Source: an uncultured virus (IMG/VR IMGVR_UViG_3300020185_000029) (Duplodnaviria > Heunggongvirae > Uroviricota > Caudoviricetes). From it: DNA of 64,000 nt. Where the stretch lies: positions 1 through 64,000 of IMG/VR virus record IMGVR_UViG_3300020185_000029; one strand, written 5' to 3'. This document shows, one piece after another, positions 47,870-58,003 of the stretch (position 1 is the first letter of the stretch; each line of letters opens with the position of its first letter). The notes under the pieces were generated by a model. That model made no database searches. It was not told where the DNA came from and saw only the letters and a program-made list of their open reading frames with translations. Position numbers and translations under genes: made by a program.

Positions 47870-48622
47870 TTAGCCCTCCTTTTTTTTCGAAACTTCTTCT
47901 AAAGGTTCCTCTTCAGCTTCTTCTGCAGGTTCTTCTACAGTTTCCTCCTCAGCTTCTTCCGAAGGCTCTTGCTCTTCTTCAAAGTAGGAGTCATAATAGG
48001 ATTGAAACTCCGCCTCCGTCTGAGCGAGATCTAGATACCATATTGTAAACAAGAATACAAACCTATCGATAACTGAACTCCAGAATTCCGATTCATCTCC
48101 ACCCCTTAGATCGTCAACTTTCTCATATTGTAATATAGCTCTTTTTTGGAAATCTTCTTCATCGACATCAAAAATTGGATCTCCATCCAAACAAGAGTAA
48201 TTTAACATACAGAAGTCAACAGTCTTATCTCTGGATTTAATCTCTGCCGTATTATCATATATTGCAGAATAATAAGATGTGAATTTACGCATATCCTCTT
48301 GTATTTGTACAATTTTAGCGTAAAGCTCAAACTTCTTTTCGGAGTTTGATTTTTCTCTGATCAACTTTTCTTGATTTTGCGCTAATTCCTTTTGCAGATT
48401 AAAATAATAAGCCTGATCTTTCTTTGGTAGGGCGGTATCGCTATTATCAGCATAATACTTGTCTACGGAAGCTTTTGTCTGAACTCCCATGTTCATTAAC
48501 TTTGAGAGCATGGCTGCGTAGTAAATCTCTATTTCCTCTCTCTCGGTTCTATTAGGTTGCTTGAGCGTGAACTCGTAATCCTTGTCCTTATTTTTTTCCT
48601 TAAAACTAAATAATTTTTTCAT
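47870..48622 (-). CDS. Helical protein with acidic tail, possible tail assembly chaperone
   Basis: FTLKQPNRTERE N-terminus, coiled-coil segment and E-rich C-terminus. Confidence 0.5.
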   Translation of the reverse strand: MKKLFSFKEKNKDKDYEFTLKQPNRTEREEIEIYYAAMLSKLMNMGVQTKASVDKYYADNSDTALPKKDQAYYFNLQKELAQNQEKLIREKSNSEKKFELYAKIVQIQEDMRKFTSYYSAIYDNTAEIKSRDKTVDFCMLNYSCLDGDPIFDVDEEDFQKRAILQYEKVDDLRGGDESEFWSSVIDRFVFLFTIWYLDLAQTEAEFQSYYDSYFEEEQEPSEEAEEETVEEPAEEAEEEPLEEVSKKKEG

Positions 48623-48847
48623 TTATTCTCCTGAGTTTAATTTTGTATAATTCTCTCCCTGATCCCTAAAGAAACGAATAGTATCATTGCCCTTATCTAA
48701 AACTCGATTTCTTATTTTTTCGAAATCGTCGTCCTCTATAGAGTATTTTTCCTGTATATCCTCTAATTGATAAAGGAAGTCCTTGAACAAATGCTTGATA
48801 CACCTTTCGCCCAAAAACTCAAAATAATAAAAATCCTTTTCTTCCAT
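48623..48847 (-). CDS. Hypothetical protein
   Basis: 74 aa; CTGTATATA motif 18 nt upstream. Confidence 0.65.
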   Translation of the reverse strand: MEEKDFYYFEFLGERCIKHLFKDFLYQLEDIQEKYSIEDDDFEKIRNRVLDKGNDTIRFFRDQGENYTKLNSGE

Positions 48848-48889
48848 TCCTATATCTATATACAGACATTTAACTAGTATGTGAAATAG

Positions 48890-50539
48890 TTAAACCCTAA
48901 AATCATTTACAACTGAATAGTTGGGAGCCGTAAAAAGATTCTTATTACTTTCAAAAGAGTATTTTGAATTTAGAGTTATCGATAGTGGGTCCCCAGTACC
49001 AATCGATACTCCTTCTAAATTTAAAGATTGAAGCTTCCCGTATTCGCTAAGCATATCATTCGACTTCACTTTCAATGAGGATACCAATTGATCCATAGAC
49101 AGAGAACTTCCAGTTTCAAGTATAGCATTTAAGGATATGTCTAAATATGCTCTGTTTTTAATTTCCAAATCAATTGTATCATATTTTCCACCCTTGCCTG
49201 GAAGTGCGCTTGACGCTATAGAAATCTTAGACGGAGTAAATGATAGAGACGTCTTTACTTCCTTAAAAAAGTCTTCCTCTGGAGCGTCTTTATTATCAAA
49301 TGACTGATCGAAATTTATAGCGAATGTATCAGAGTCCCTTGAAAATGAGTCAGCAGTAACTCTATTGCTTAAAGACTTTGGTGCATTTCCTCCGAAAAAA
49401 GCATTAAACTCTCCATTAGCTATATCGAATATATTTATATCCTCAAAAGCGCTTTGTATAAGTCCAGACCTTATAGACTTATCGGCAGATGATGTTACAG
49501 ACCCTCCTACAGAAACGGAGACTAAAGAGGTTCCACTATTGATCGAAATGTTTGTATCAACTCTAACCTGATCCCGTATAGATTCATCATCACCAAATGA
49601 GTATGAGAAGTTTATATAGTTATTAAATAGGTCTTCAGTAATATCCTTCTGCAGTGGCTCTTGTCCAATAGATGTTGAACCAAATTGATTTGTCAGAAAT
49701 TCACTAGCCGTAGAGAACCAATCATAAGTTAAAAATCTATTCCTAATTATAGATATTGGATCACCTATGCTTCCCTCTAATCTACCTTTTATTGAGATAG
49801 AATTTGGAGCGTCAATAGATGAGTCTATATCTGCCGAATATCTTAATATACCAGAGTTTCCATACAAATCAGAAGAGTAACTTTCAGTTACACTATAAGT
49901 TCCTTGAACTCTATCTATACTTTCTTGCAAAGAATTTAAATTTAAAGAGTAGTCCGAATCCTTGCATATAAAGTGAGGAGAAATGAAAGTTTGAGTAGAT
50001 CCAGTCCTTTGCCTAACGTAGTCTATTGCATTCTGTAATGAAGATGATTTGTCATATGAATCGGCTTGAGGAGTTTCTATGCCCTTTGCGCTTATAAGGT
50101 GAGAAATTGAAACTATTCCATCATTACCTTCTTCAAACGACCAACTCTCCTGTGGATCTATAACTCCATAATTATCACCAAAATAATCTACTGGGTAAGC
50201 AGTAAAGTTAATATTATAATCAATAATTTTATTATATTTGCTTTGCCCAAAGTCGATAGAATCAATCTTTACTCCGCTCCTTACCATTACCTCTGCTTCA
50301 TAAGGCTTAAAATCCTTAACTATAAAAATTCCAAAGTCTTTTGAAAACCCGCTAATCAGCTTCAATTGCTCTGACCTAAGATCATTGAAGTCCCTTCCAG
50401 TAAGCTGACCATTTAGAGAGTACGATTCCTCACTCCCAAAGTTTTCCCCATACTTTAAAAAATTCTCCTGACTACTCAAGAATGGTGTTGGTTGATCACC
50501 AAAGTCAAAGCTATCGTAAATTATTTTAGTTGGAGTCAT
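48890..50539 (-). CDS. Beta-rich tail protein, probable paralog of 50536..52146
   Basis: SWSFEEGNDGIVSISHLISAKG resembles segments in the neighbour; lies after the tape measure. Confidence 0.6.
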   Translation of the reverse strand: MTPTKIIYDSFDFGDQPTPFLSSQENFLKYGENFGSEESYSLNGQLTGRDFNDLRSEQLKLISGFSKDFGIFIVKDFKPYEAEVMVRSGVKIDSIDFGQSKYNKIIDYNINFTAYPVDYFGDNYGVIDPQESWSFEEGNDGIVSISHLISAKGIETPQADSYDKSSSLQNAIDYVRQRTGSTQTFISPHFICKDSDYSLNLNSLQESIDRVQGTYSVTESYSSDLYGNSGILRYSADIDSSIDAPNSISIKGRLEGSIGDPISIIRNRFLTYDWFSTASEFLTNQFGSTSIGQEPLQKDITEDLFNNYINFSYSFGDDESIRDQVRVDTNISINSGTSLVSVSVGGSVTSSADKSIRSGLIQSAFEDINIFDIANGEFNAFFGGNAPKSLSNRVTADSFSRDSDTFAINFDQSFDNKDAPEEDFFKEVKTSLSFTPSKISIASSALPGKGGKYDTIDLEIKNRAYLDISLNAILETGSSLSMDQLVSSLKVKSNDMLSEYGKLQSLNLEGVSIGTGDPLSITLNSKYSFESNKNLFTAPNYSVVNDFRV

Positions 50540-52146
50540 AATGTAGCTCTATTCCTAACCAGTTTGTTGAATTTATATTTTACAGATACTTCTAATGCAT
50601 TTTCCTCTAAATTGTATTGGTAAGTTGCGCCATCAATATAAGTATCATTATAGTTCTTTACATGCTCATTAGCTACACCCTTTGCCTGGTCAAGAAGATC
50701 ATAAAGCGTATCTTCCTCTTGTCCATTTATAGATATTTTTAAGTCTCTAGATCCCTGATTTGTAGTATCGATTTTTTGTACAAATTGTTTCTCACCTAAG
50801 GCGGAGAAATTGGCAAATGTATTAATTGAATCGTCATCGTTAACCGAAATAGAAACTCTTCTTCCGCTTATTAGAGAAGAGTCATCGGAAAAGTTATATT
50901 TATAGTCTATAGAACTTCCATTCGTTTTTTTATTATAAGAACAATCCTCTAGGCTCAAATCTTTAATACCGCCCCGCTCCTGATAAAAACTATAACATCT
51001 TCCATAGATATTTTCTTTTTCTATATTGTAGCCATTCACAGAGTTTTGCATTTTTTCTGCCTCAGATTCACCTCTTCCCAATATACTTGCTTCCTCAGAA
51101 ATCTCCATAATGTCTCCTAGTCTTTGCATGGAGAGTGTTGAATTTAAAATATAATTTTCTCCATAATTAGAATCAGCATCGTTAAAGGATATTGTGTAGT
51201 TAGCCTCGCCAGCAAAATTATCAATAGTTTGAGAATTAGAAATGGCTCCAGAAGGTAGAGCTGAGGAATTACCATATGCTAGATAAGTTTCACTACATCT
51301 ACCATAAGATCCGCTTATTTCACTTTTTATAGCTTCGGATAGATCGACTTCTATAGAAAAGGATTTTGCCTTTATTGAGCCATTTTCAGAAACAGAGATT
51401 ATTCCGTCTGCTTGTTTTGTGAAGTTATGAGAGCGCTTTACTGAATATTTTTCAAATTCAGAAGTATATGTAGAAAATTTTCTAGAAATACTAACCGAGT
51501 TGTTTACTAAATCGTAGGATTCATTAAATTTCTCGTCTACTGCCCCAGTAAAAAAATTCTGTCCAGGAAAGCTATCTAAAAGTTCAAAGGGCGGTTCTAC
51601 TGTTTGAAAAATTTCCGTAGCTAAACCTTTTGCTCTTTGAATAGGGGTGATTATCACTCCATCGCCACTAGCATATTTAATATTTATACTATGCGTATAA
51701 GAAAATTGATCACCATCCCTGTTAATATTAAAATCTTCAGAAAAATCCTCAAGCAGGTATGGAGATTCTAAAATGGTGTTTCCAGTTACTAAGGGAGCTA
51801 ATCCGCTATAATATTTACCAGAAAGATTGCTTAAATTTCCAGATTGGAAGCCTTCGATTGATAGATTGTAAGTAGAGTACTGTAAAGAGTTTGCATCGTT
51901 ATTACTAAAACTTAATACCCTACCTTTTCCGAAGTCATTTCCATTTAGTATTATCGGCTGATAATCTTGAAGACCAGTTCTAAAAAACTCAGAAGCGCTA
52001 ACTAATCCGCTTACACCAATATCATTTTGAAGATCTATGAAATATCCCTCTATCTCATACTCAACTCTTGAACCGAATCTAAAATTGGAATTTAAGAATT
52101 GATTTGTTTTTTTAAAACCTAATAAACTAGCATTATTAAAATTCAC
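50536..52146 (-). CDS. Beta-rich tail protein immediately after the tape measure (distal tail-like position)
   Basis: GTG start; IILNGNDFGKGRVLSFS; repeated beta units. Confidence 0.6.
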   Translation of the reverse strand: MNFNNASLLGFKKTNQFLNSNFRFGSRVEYEIEGYFIDLQNDIGVSGLVSASEFFRTGLQDYQPIILNGNDFGKGRVLSFSNNDANSLQYSTYNLSIEGFQSGNLSNLSGKYYSGLAPLVTGNTILESPYLLEDFSEDFNINRDGDQFSYTHSINIKYASGDGVIITPIQRAKGLATEIFQTVEPPFELLDSFPGQNFFTGAVDEKFNESYDLVNNSVSISRKFSTYTSEFEKYSVKRSHNFTKQADGIISVSENGSIKAKSFSIEVDLSEAIKSEISGSYGRCSETYLAYGNSSALPSGAISNSQTIDNFAGEANYTISFNDADSNYGENYILNSTLSMQRLGDIMEISEEASILGRGESEAEKMQNSVNGYNIEKENIYGRCYSFYQERGGIKDLSLEDCSYNKKTNGSSIDYKYNFSDDSSLISGRRVSISVNDDDSINTFANFSALGEKQFVQKIDTTNQGSRDLKISINGQEEDTLYDLLDQAKGVANEHVKNYNDTYIDGATYQYNLEENALEVSVKYKFNKLVRNRATL

Positions 52147-52154
52147 TTTTATAA

Positions 52155-55100
52155 TTATTCACTGATCGTGTCTACAATTGATTCTAAATTTCTCCTAAAC
52201 TCTTCAACCGCTTCTTCTACTGAACCCAACCTAGCTATGCTGCCTTCTGGAAGCTTTATATCTATATTAGTAACAACATCAGTGGTTTTGATTACTCCCT
52301 CTGCAATCTTTTGACTTAGATTATTAGATGCTTCAATAAATTGCTGTTGAGTAAGAGTATTTGCATTTAATTTTTCTACTAGAGTGGCTATAGCATCTCT
52401 ATTTATCACCGCTTCGGCCTCCTGTATCTTGAGTGCAGCTAATACATTTGCTGCAGAGTCTGCTGCGGTGGCAGATTCGTTGCCTCCTTCTACAACTGGT
52501 GGCGCTCCAGGAAGCCTACCTTCGGTTGGAGTAACCTTACTTAATAGTGAGCCTAATGTTGGGCTGACCTCCCTAAGGGATTCGACAATATCACCTAAAC
52601 CTTGGTTAATTACTTCAAAGCCACCAATCTCTTCACCTGTATTAGTTTCAATCTTAACTAGTTCGTCTAAGTCCAGTCTAACACCCTGATCAGACAAACG
52701 GTCAAATACACGTTCTAATCTTCCAGGTAAATCCGCAAGCCCTTCAGGAGTTCTATCCCCTTTACTCAACTCTCGTTCAAAAATGCTCCTAGCTCTTTTA
52801 CTCTGTTCATCGGTTAGTTGACCCCCTTCAGCTTTTGATCTAGTAACAAGATTAAACTGCTCTCTAATTACATCAGCCGCCCCCTTTAATGCTTGAGCCT
52901 CTGGAGAATTCTTATCAGCCAGCACTTCTCTAACTGGATTTGCTCCATTATCTCCACCATATTGACCCAATCCTAAGAAAGTTTTTCTCATTCCCGTTCT
53001 AATTTCTTCAGTGAGGCTATTAGCTGCCCTATCTTCACCAAATAATTGTGAAAGGTTCTGACCTCCCGTCTTTGACCCTAAATCGTTTAATGCTGCTTGA
53101 GCAACTCTCTGATTTTCAGCCTGTTGATTGAGAGCTACTGTATCTGCAAGTGACTGATTTGTATTTGCGACAAGAGCATCTCTATTTCCTGCTAGTTCAA
53201 TTGCCAATTTTGCAAGCTCTTGTTTCAAATCCTTATCATCTGTCTTTCCTATTAGAGAGTTTATATCGCTAATTGAGGCTCCTTCATTCGCAACCCTTTC
53301 CAAGATTGGGGAAACCTCAGCTCTTTGTTCTGGTGTGAATGTGGACAATCTATCTTTAAAAGCAGATTGGACACCCCCTGAAGCACCCAAGTTAAGATCC
53401 TTTAACCCATCTGTAAGAGCTGTTTTCAGATTACTTATCTGAAGGTCCTGCTTTTTACGTGTCTGGTCAAATCCCTGCCTAGAAAGAAACTCCAATTTAT
53501 TTTGCGCGAGGTTGGACGCTCTACTAACTTCACCCCTTTGCGTTATTCTATCAGCAGCAGACTGTCCAGCCTGAGCTTGGAACAAATTAGATGAAGCAGC
53601 GTCAGAGTCTCTGTTAGCTCCTGCGACTTTAAAGTTCGCATCTGTTATCGCAGCGGCAGCTTGCTGTTCAATTATATTGGTCTTAATGGAGCCATCTCCA
53701 ATCACTTTCTTGAATAGGTTTGATAGAAGCTTATTTGTGTCGAACTGAAGAGCAAAAGCTTTTGCAGTTTCCTTTTCAAGGCCCAGCGCAATTAGCCTCT
53801 GGAGATTACTTCCAGACTTCTCTAAAGTGGAAAAGTCAACATTGTCAAGATCTATATCCGCTAGAAGACCTCCAATAAAAAGAGATACCTCATCTTCTGT
53901 AATCTTACTAAGATCAAGTTGATCTTGGTTTGTTACTCTTGTTATTGGCGCTCCAAAGGCAAATTGACCAACACCCCTAATAGTTTCTGTCTCCTTCTCT
54001 ATAGTAGCTCGCCTATCTTTAGATTTTGTAGCGAAATCGTCGAAAGCCTTCTGTGTTGACGCTGTCCTTATTTTTGACTGCCCTTCCCTTTGGAGTTCAT
54101 CCAATATCCCTCTTCTTTCCTCTGGAGTTGCAGTAACAAAGTCTTGCTTAAGCTTCCTCCCTCTTTCTGATTTCCCAAGATTTGGATCGTTCTGAAAATC
54201 ATTAAAAGTTCTTTGTATATCAGAGAACAGGGCCGCTATCTGTTTTCCTGATGCAGTTCCACTTTCAAATGCATCATTTAGTCTAAACTGCGCATTTACA
54301 TATGCCTGTGCAGAAGCTATATTCTTTTTATAAAAATCTTGCTGCTCGCCCAGAGACTTGGAATACTTGCTGGCATCATCAGTGGCTGTAGAAAGCGCAG
54401 CACTAACTCCACCCAGTAGACCCCCAACTCCAGCACCTATTGCAATACCAAGCGGATTCCCAGAAAATGCACCCACACTTGCTCCAGTCGCAGCTCCACC
54501 TAAAGCACCAGATGCAATTGACCCAGCTCTTTCATTTCCACTTACCTTTGCAATCCCCTGACCAATTACTGGCGCTGCCAAAGCACCAGCAAAGCTAAGT
54601 CCAAATCCAGCCCCCTGTAGTCTTTGTCCTCTAGCTATTTTTCTAGATTGAACCGATTCGTTAAATTTAGCTCTAGACTCTGGTGTAAGTTTTTTACCAG
54701 TTGACGAGTTTAATATTCCTTTTGCCTTTTTTTCTAGGCCGCTGTCGAAACCAAACCTACCCGTTCCAGACTTCTCTAGTTGTGTTTGTGCATCAGCCAA
54801 AAGAGACTGTTGAACTGCATTTCTTGTTCCCTTTTCAATTTGTTTGAAGTTTACCAGTCCAGCATTTTTAATTTTATTTGCTAACTCCCTACCCTCCTTG
54901 GATCTATTGAGTTCCTCGAAGCTCAATGATTTCCCTTGTGATTTAGACTCCTTTTTTAATTCGGCCTCTATAAGCTCAAGTCTTAACCTTCTCTTAAATT
55001 CTGCAAATGGAGCTGCATCTCCCCTAAACCCACTAGGCACAGCGCCAGCCGCAAATTGTTTTTTAAAATCCTTATAGTTGTACTCTTTTAACTCTTTGCT

Positions 55101-57923
55101 AAAGTTTTTTGGCGCATTTCTTGCCTGCTCGGCTAAACTTGGCTGTATTATTGCTGGTGGACCAGCGACTTCAGGGACAAGCCTTGTTTTTCCCTTTAAG
55201 TCCGTTTGTCCAGTAAAAGTAAATCTGCTATTTCTAAGGTCCCCAGTAAATCCAGTTGATCCAGGATTATAAATTGGATCACCTACTGGTCTAAATTTCC
55301 CTTTATCATTTTTAACAAAAGGTTTTTGTGTCGGAGATACTCTAGTCCTTTCATCAGCACCGCTTGGTGGTGTTTTTGGTGTATCTCTACCAAAACCTCT
55401 AGTAGCCTGTTGTGCAGCCATAGAAGTTTGTTCAGCAGCAGCCTGTCTCAATAGTGTTGGAATTTTAAAGCCTTGACCAGAGGCTAAACCAGCTTCAATT
55501 CTTGAAATTTGTCTTGGAGTTAAAGGCTGTCCTGCTCTCAGCCTTCTTTCCATTTGTTTAATTTCTGTATCGCCTAAGTTGACCCTGCCTGAGGATTGAC
55601 CAAAAGGAAAAGGATCGGTTACATCAAGATTGACCCTGCCTTCTGCAAAATTAGGTATATAGGTAGCTCCCCCAGCTCTAACCCTTCTTATATCAGAGAG
55701 TTTTATATTTTTAGTTACTTGTTCGCCACCCTGCATACCTCTAAGAGTAACCATCTGATTCTCCCTTTGGTATTGCTTCCAGCTAGAATACCCCTTAGGA
55801 GGCGGCTTTCCAGCCTTAGATGACTGAGCAACCATAGATGAATGCTGAACCCCTGAAAGCTGTCTAACTGAGTCATATTTCTTACTGTAGTAGCTTACAG
55901 ACTGAAACTTGGTGTTACCCATCAGAAGCTTGCTAATGCCATCCCTAGAGGCCTTGTAGGTCAATCCCTTAACCATAGGGATCTTACCTCTGGCAAAGTT
56001 TCCACCCATAGAGCTAATAGCAGAAGATCCTGCCATATCTCTATTCAATACAATGTCGCCATTTTTATTAGGTATTAAAATCTCATCACTATTCAATACG
56101 GCTGGCCCAATCTTGCCCTTTCCATAATTGAATGAATTTACTACTTTTACTTGCGCGTTTGAACTAGCTCCACCAACGCCATTACTGATCGCCCTTTTTT
56201 CATTTTCTATTGCTCCCCCCAAAGTTCCTCCAGCAAAACCTTTTGCTCTTCCTCCTTTCCTACTTACGTCTCCAGTAAAAACAGATCCACCAAGAGATAC
56301 ACCCTGTCTCGACAAGCTTTGCGCAGTTCTAATCGAACTAGCTTCTAAGGCTTTTTGCGCAGCAAGTTGTTTAGTCAGCAAGCCTAATATAATTTGTTCT
56401 TTTTGTGCCTGCGAAGTTGCTAATTCTAGTTGTTTTAACTCGGAAGAGGTAGCTTGAGCTAACAAGCTTTGAATAACTCTCTGATTTGCTATTCGTTTTT
56501 CTGAAACTTTGTTTATACCACTGAGTTGAAGCAAACTTGCGCCACCCTGAGTGAATACATTTTTTAAAGTATTGGCAATAATTGCCAAGCCAGTTACAAA
56601 TGCAGGACCAGTCAAGACTTTCACAAACCCTTCAGCAAGTGGCGCTAAAAGCTTAAGATCATTAGCTAGTAAAATTACGTCCTTGGTAATATTCGCCAAA
56701 AAGGACCCACCTCCAATATCATTGCCTTGAAGAGCTTCTAGCAATACATTTATATCCGTTACAATAGACTTGAAGAAGTCTTGAAGCCCAGCCTTTCCAA
56801 GGCCTGCAAAAATTTGACCTATATTGTTAGATATTTGATTACTAATACCCTCAATAGTTTGATTGTAAGCTAAGTTGGCTATAATAGCTTCATTAGTTGC
56901 CTTAGTCGCAGCGTCTGTCGCTCCTCCAGCAATACTTTGTTGGGATGCTAAATCTCTAAATAGGGCCGACAATTTTGAAACCTGGAACTGGCCAGCAACA
57001 ACTGTAGATATTTGAGTGGCAAGACTTCTTTCCCCGTCCTTTTGAGCTTGACTAATGGCTACAGATGCTGCTACTAAGTTATCAAAGGTCGAGGCACTTT
57101 CATCAACAGCGACCCCAAGTTCTTTCAACTGTGCAATTCTAGTAGGTAAATTAAGTCTAGTTAAAGCAGTCTTCAGACCTTGACCAATAGTAGCGCCACC
57201 CAAACCAGTTCTTTGTTTTATCGCAGTAATGAAACCCAGCAATTCTTCAAACGATATGCCAGCATCCTGAGCAACGGATGCCGATCTAGAAACCGCATCA
57301 ATTAGATCTGTAGAAGAAACCGCAAAAGCAGTTTCAACTGCTCTTAACTTATTTATGACTTCAGTAGTCGTTATAGCAGAGGATGCAAAACCATTAACAA
57401 CCGCAGTTAAACCAGAAATTGCTTTTTCTGTGTTTAAAGTTGTTAGTCGAGTTAATATCAGAGCGTCACTTGTTCTCTTTAGAGTTTGCTCTACGCTCAA
57501 GCCCTGTCTGGCAAATTCCTGTGCAGTTTCAGCTACTCTTTGAAATCCCTGACCAGTATTCTTAGCAACCTTAAACAGCTCGTCACCAAACTTCGATATC
57601 GTATCGCTACTTCTTCCGAAGATGGAGTTAATAGCATTCAAGCTACTTTCCACCTGTACTACGGTGGTAGCCAATTCTAGGAAGGCTCTTCTTACCCCTT
57701 CAATGACGGCCACAGAAGCACCGAAAGCGATGACACGGGCATTAGAAGCTTCAAGTGATTTAGTAAACTCATTTGCCTTGCCTGTAATTCTGCCTAAAGC
57801 CTGCTCACTTCGCTTTGTGTCAATTATAACTTTACGTTTTTCAAGACCACGCAACTGAGCATTAAACTCTCTTGTGTTTGAGAGTTTTACTTCCGCTAAT
57901 ATTTCTAAATCAGATCTAGCCAT
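52155..57923 (-). CDS. Tail tape measure protein
   Basis: 1922 aa, helical; TP901-like core (AQEFARQG, AFAVSSTDL..AV.RS.S.A...G.SFEEL.G...GATIGQGLKT); follows the tail tube. Confidence 0.9.
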   Translation of the reverse strand: MARSDLEILAEVKLSNTREFNAQLRGLEKRKVIIDTKRSEQALGRITGKANEFTKSLEASNARVIAFGASVAVIEGVRRAFLELATTVVQVESSLNAINSIFGRSSDTISKFGDELFKVAKNTGQGFQRVAETAQEFARQGLSVEQTLKRTSDALILTRLTTLNTEKAISGLTAVVNGFASSAITTTEVINKLRAVETAFAVSSTDLIDAVSRSASVAQDAGISFEELLGFITAIKQRTGLGGATIGQGLKTALTRLNLPTRIAQLKELGVAVDESASTFDNLVAASVAISQAQKDGERSLATQISTVVAGQFQVSKLSALFRDLASQQSIAGGATDAATKATNEAIIANLAYNQTIEGISNQISNNIGQIFAGLGKAGLQDFFKSIVTDINVLLEALQGNDIGGGSFLANITKDVILLANDLKLLAPLAEGFVKVLTGPAFVTGLAIIANTLKNVFTQGGASLLQLSGINKVSEKRIANQRVIQSLLAQATSSELKQLELATSQAQKEQIILGLLTKQLAAQKALEASSIRTAQSLSRQGVSLGGSVFTGDVSRKGGRAKGFAGGTLGGAIENEKRAISNGVGGASSNAQVKVVNSFNYGKGKIGPAVLNSDEILIPNKNGDIVLNRDMAGSSAISSMGGNFARGKIPMVKGLTYKASRDGISKLLMGNTKFQSVSYYSKKYDSVRQLSGVQHSSMVAQSSKAGKPPPKGYSSWKQYQRENQMVTLRGMQGGEQVTKNIKLSDIRRVRAGGATYIPNFAEGRVNLDVTDPFPFGQSSGRVNLGDTEIKQMERRLRAGQPLTPRQISRIEAGLASGQGFKIPTLLRQAAAEQTSMAAQQATRGFGRDTPKTPPSGADERTRVSPTQKPFVKNDKGKFRPVGDPIYNPGSTGFTGDLRNSRFTFTGQTDLKGKTRLVPEVAGPPAIIQPSLAEQARNAPKNFSKELKEYNYKDFKKQFAAGAVPSGFRGDAAPFAEFKRRLRLELIEAELKKESKSQGKSLSFEELNRSKEGRELANKIKNAGLVNFKQIEKGTRNAVQQSLLADAQTQLEKSGTGRFGFDSGLEKKAKGILNSSTGKKLTPESRAKFNESVQSRKIARGQRLQGAGFGLSFAGALAAPVIGQGIAKVSGNERAGSIASGALGGAATGASVGAFSGNPLGIAIGAGVGGLLGGVSAALSTATDDASKYSKSLGEQQDFYKKNIASAQAYVNAQFRLNDAFESGTASGKQIAALFSDIQRTFNDFQNDPNLGKSERGRKLKQDFVTATPEERRGILDELQREGQSKIRTASTQKAFDDFATKSKDRRATIEKETETIRGVGQFAFGAPITRVTNQDQLDLSKITEDEVSLFIGGLLADIDLDNVDFSTLEKSGSNLQRLIALGLEKETAKAFALQFDTNKLLSNLFKKVIGDGSIKTNIIEQQAAAAITDANFKVAGANRDSDAASSNLFQAQAGQSAADRITQRGEVSRASNLAQNKLEFLSRQGFDQTRKKQDLQISNLKTALTDGLKDLNLGASGGVQSAFKDRLSTFTPEQRAEVSPILERVANEGASISDINSLIGKTDDKDLKQELAKLAIELAGNRDALVANTNQSLADTVALNQQAENQRVAQAALNDLGSKTGGQNLSQLFGEDRAANSLTEEIRTGMRKTFLGLGQYGGDNGANPVREVLADKNSPEAQALKGAADVIREQFNLVTRSKAEGGQLTDEQSKRARSIFERELSKGDRTPEGLADLPGRLERVFDRLSDQGVRLDLDELVKIETNTGEEIGGFEVINQGLGDIVESLREVSPTLGSLLSKVTPTEGRLPGAPPVVEGGNESATAADSAANVLAALKIQEAEAVINRDAIATLVEKLNANTLTQQQFIEASNNLSQKIAEGVIKTTDVVTNIDIKLPEGSIARLGSVEEAVEEFRRNLESIVDTISE

Positions 57924-57933
57924 GCCTATATAC

Positions 57934-57941
57934 TATTACAC
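57934..57941 (-). promoter_or_regulatory. Putative late promoter GTGTAATA
   Basis: 18 nt before the tape measure ATG, just downstream of a terminator. Confidence 0.7.
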
Positions 57942-57942
57942 T

Positions 57943-57979
57943 AAAAAAAAGCCCACTGATAAAAAAATCAATGGGCTTT
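57943..57979 (-). terminator. Rho-independent terminator after the tail tube gene
   Basis: AAAGCCCATTGAT...ATCAGTGGGC followed by T8. Confidence 0.85.
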
Positions 57980-58003
57980 GTTTTTTAAATGAATATTTAA
58001 AAT

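Noticed and set aside
47860..47890. Slippery A-run as a programmed -1 frameshift fusing 47870..48622 to 46967..47869
   Set aside because: The two ORFs are in the same frame, the -1 frame reaches TGA within about 20 codons, and the downstream TTG has its own AGGAGG.
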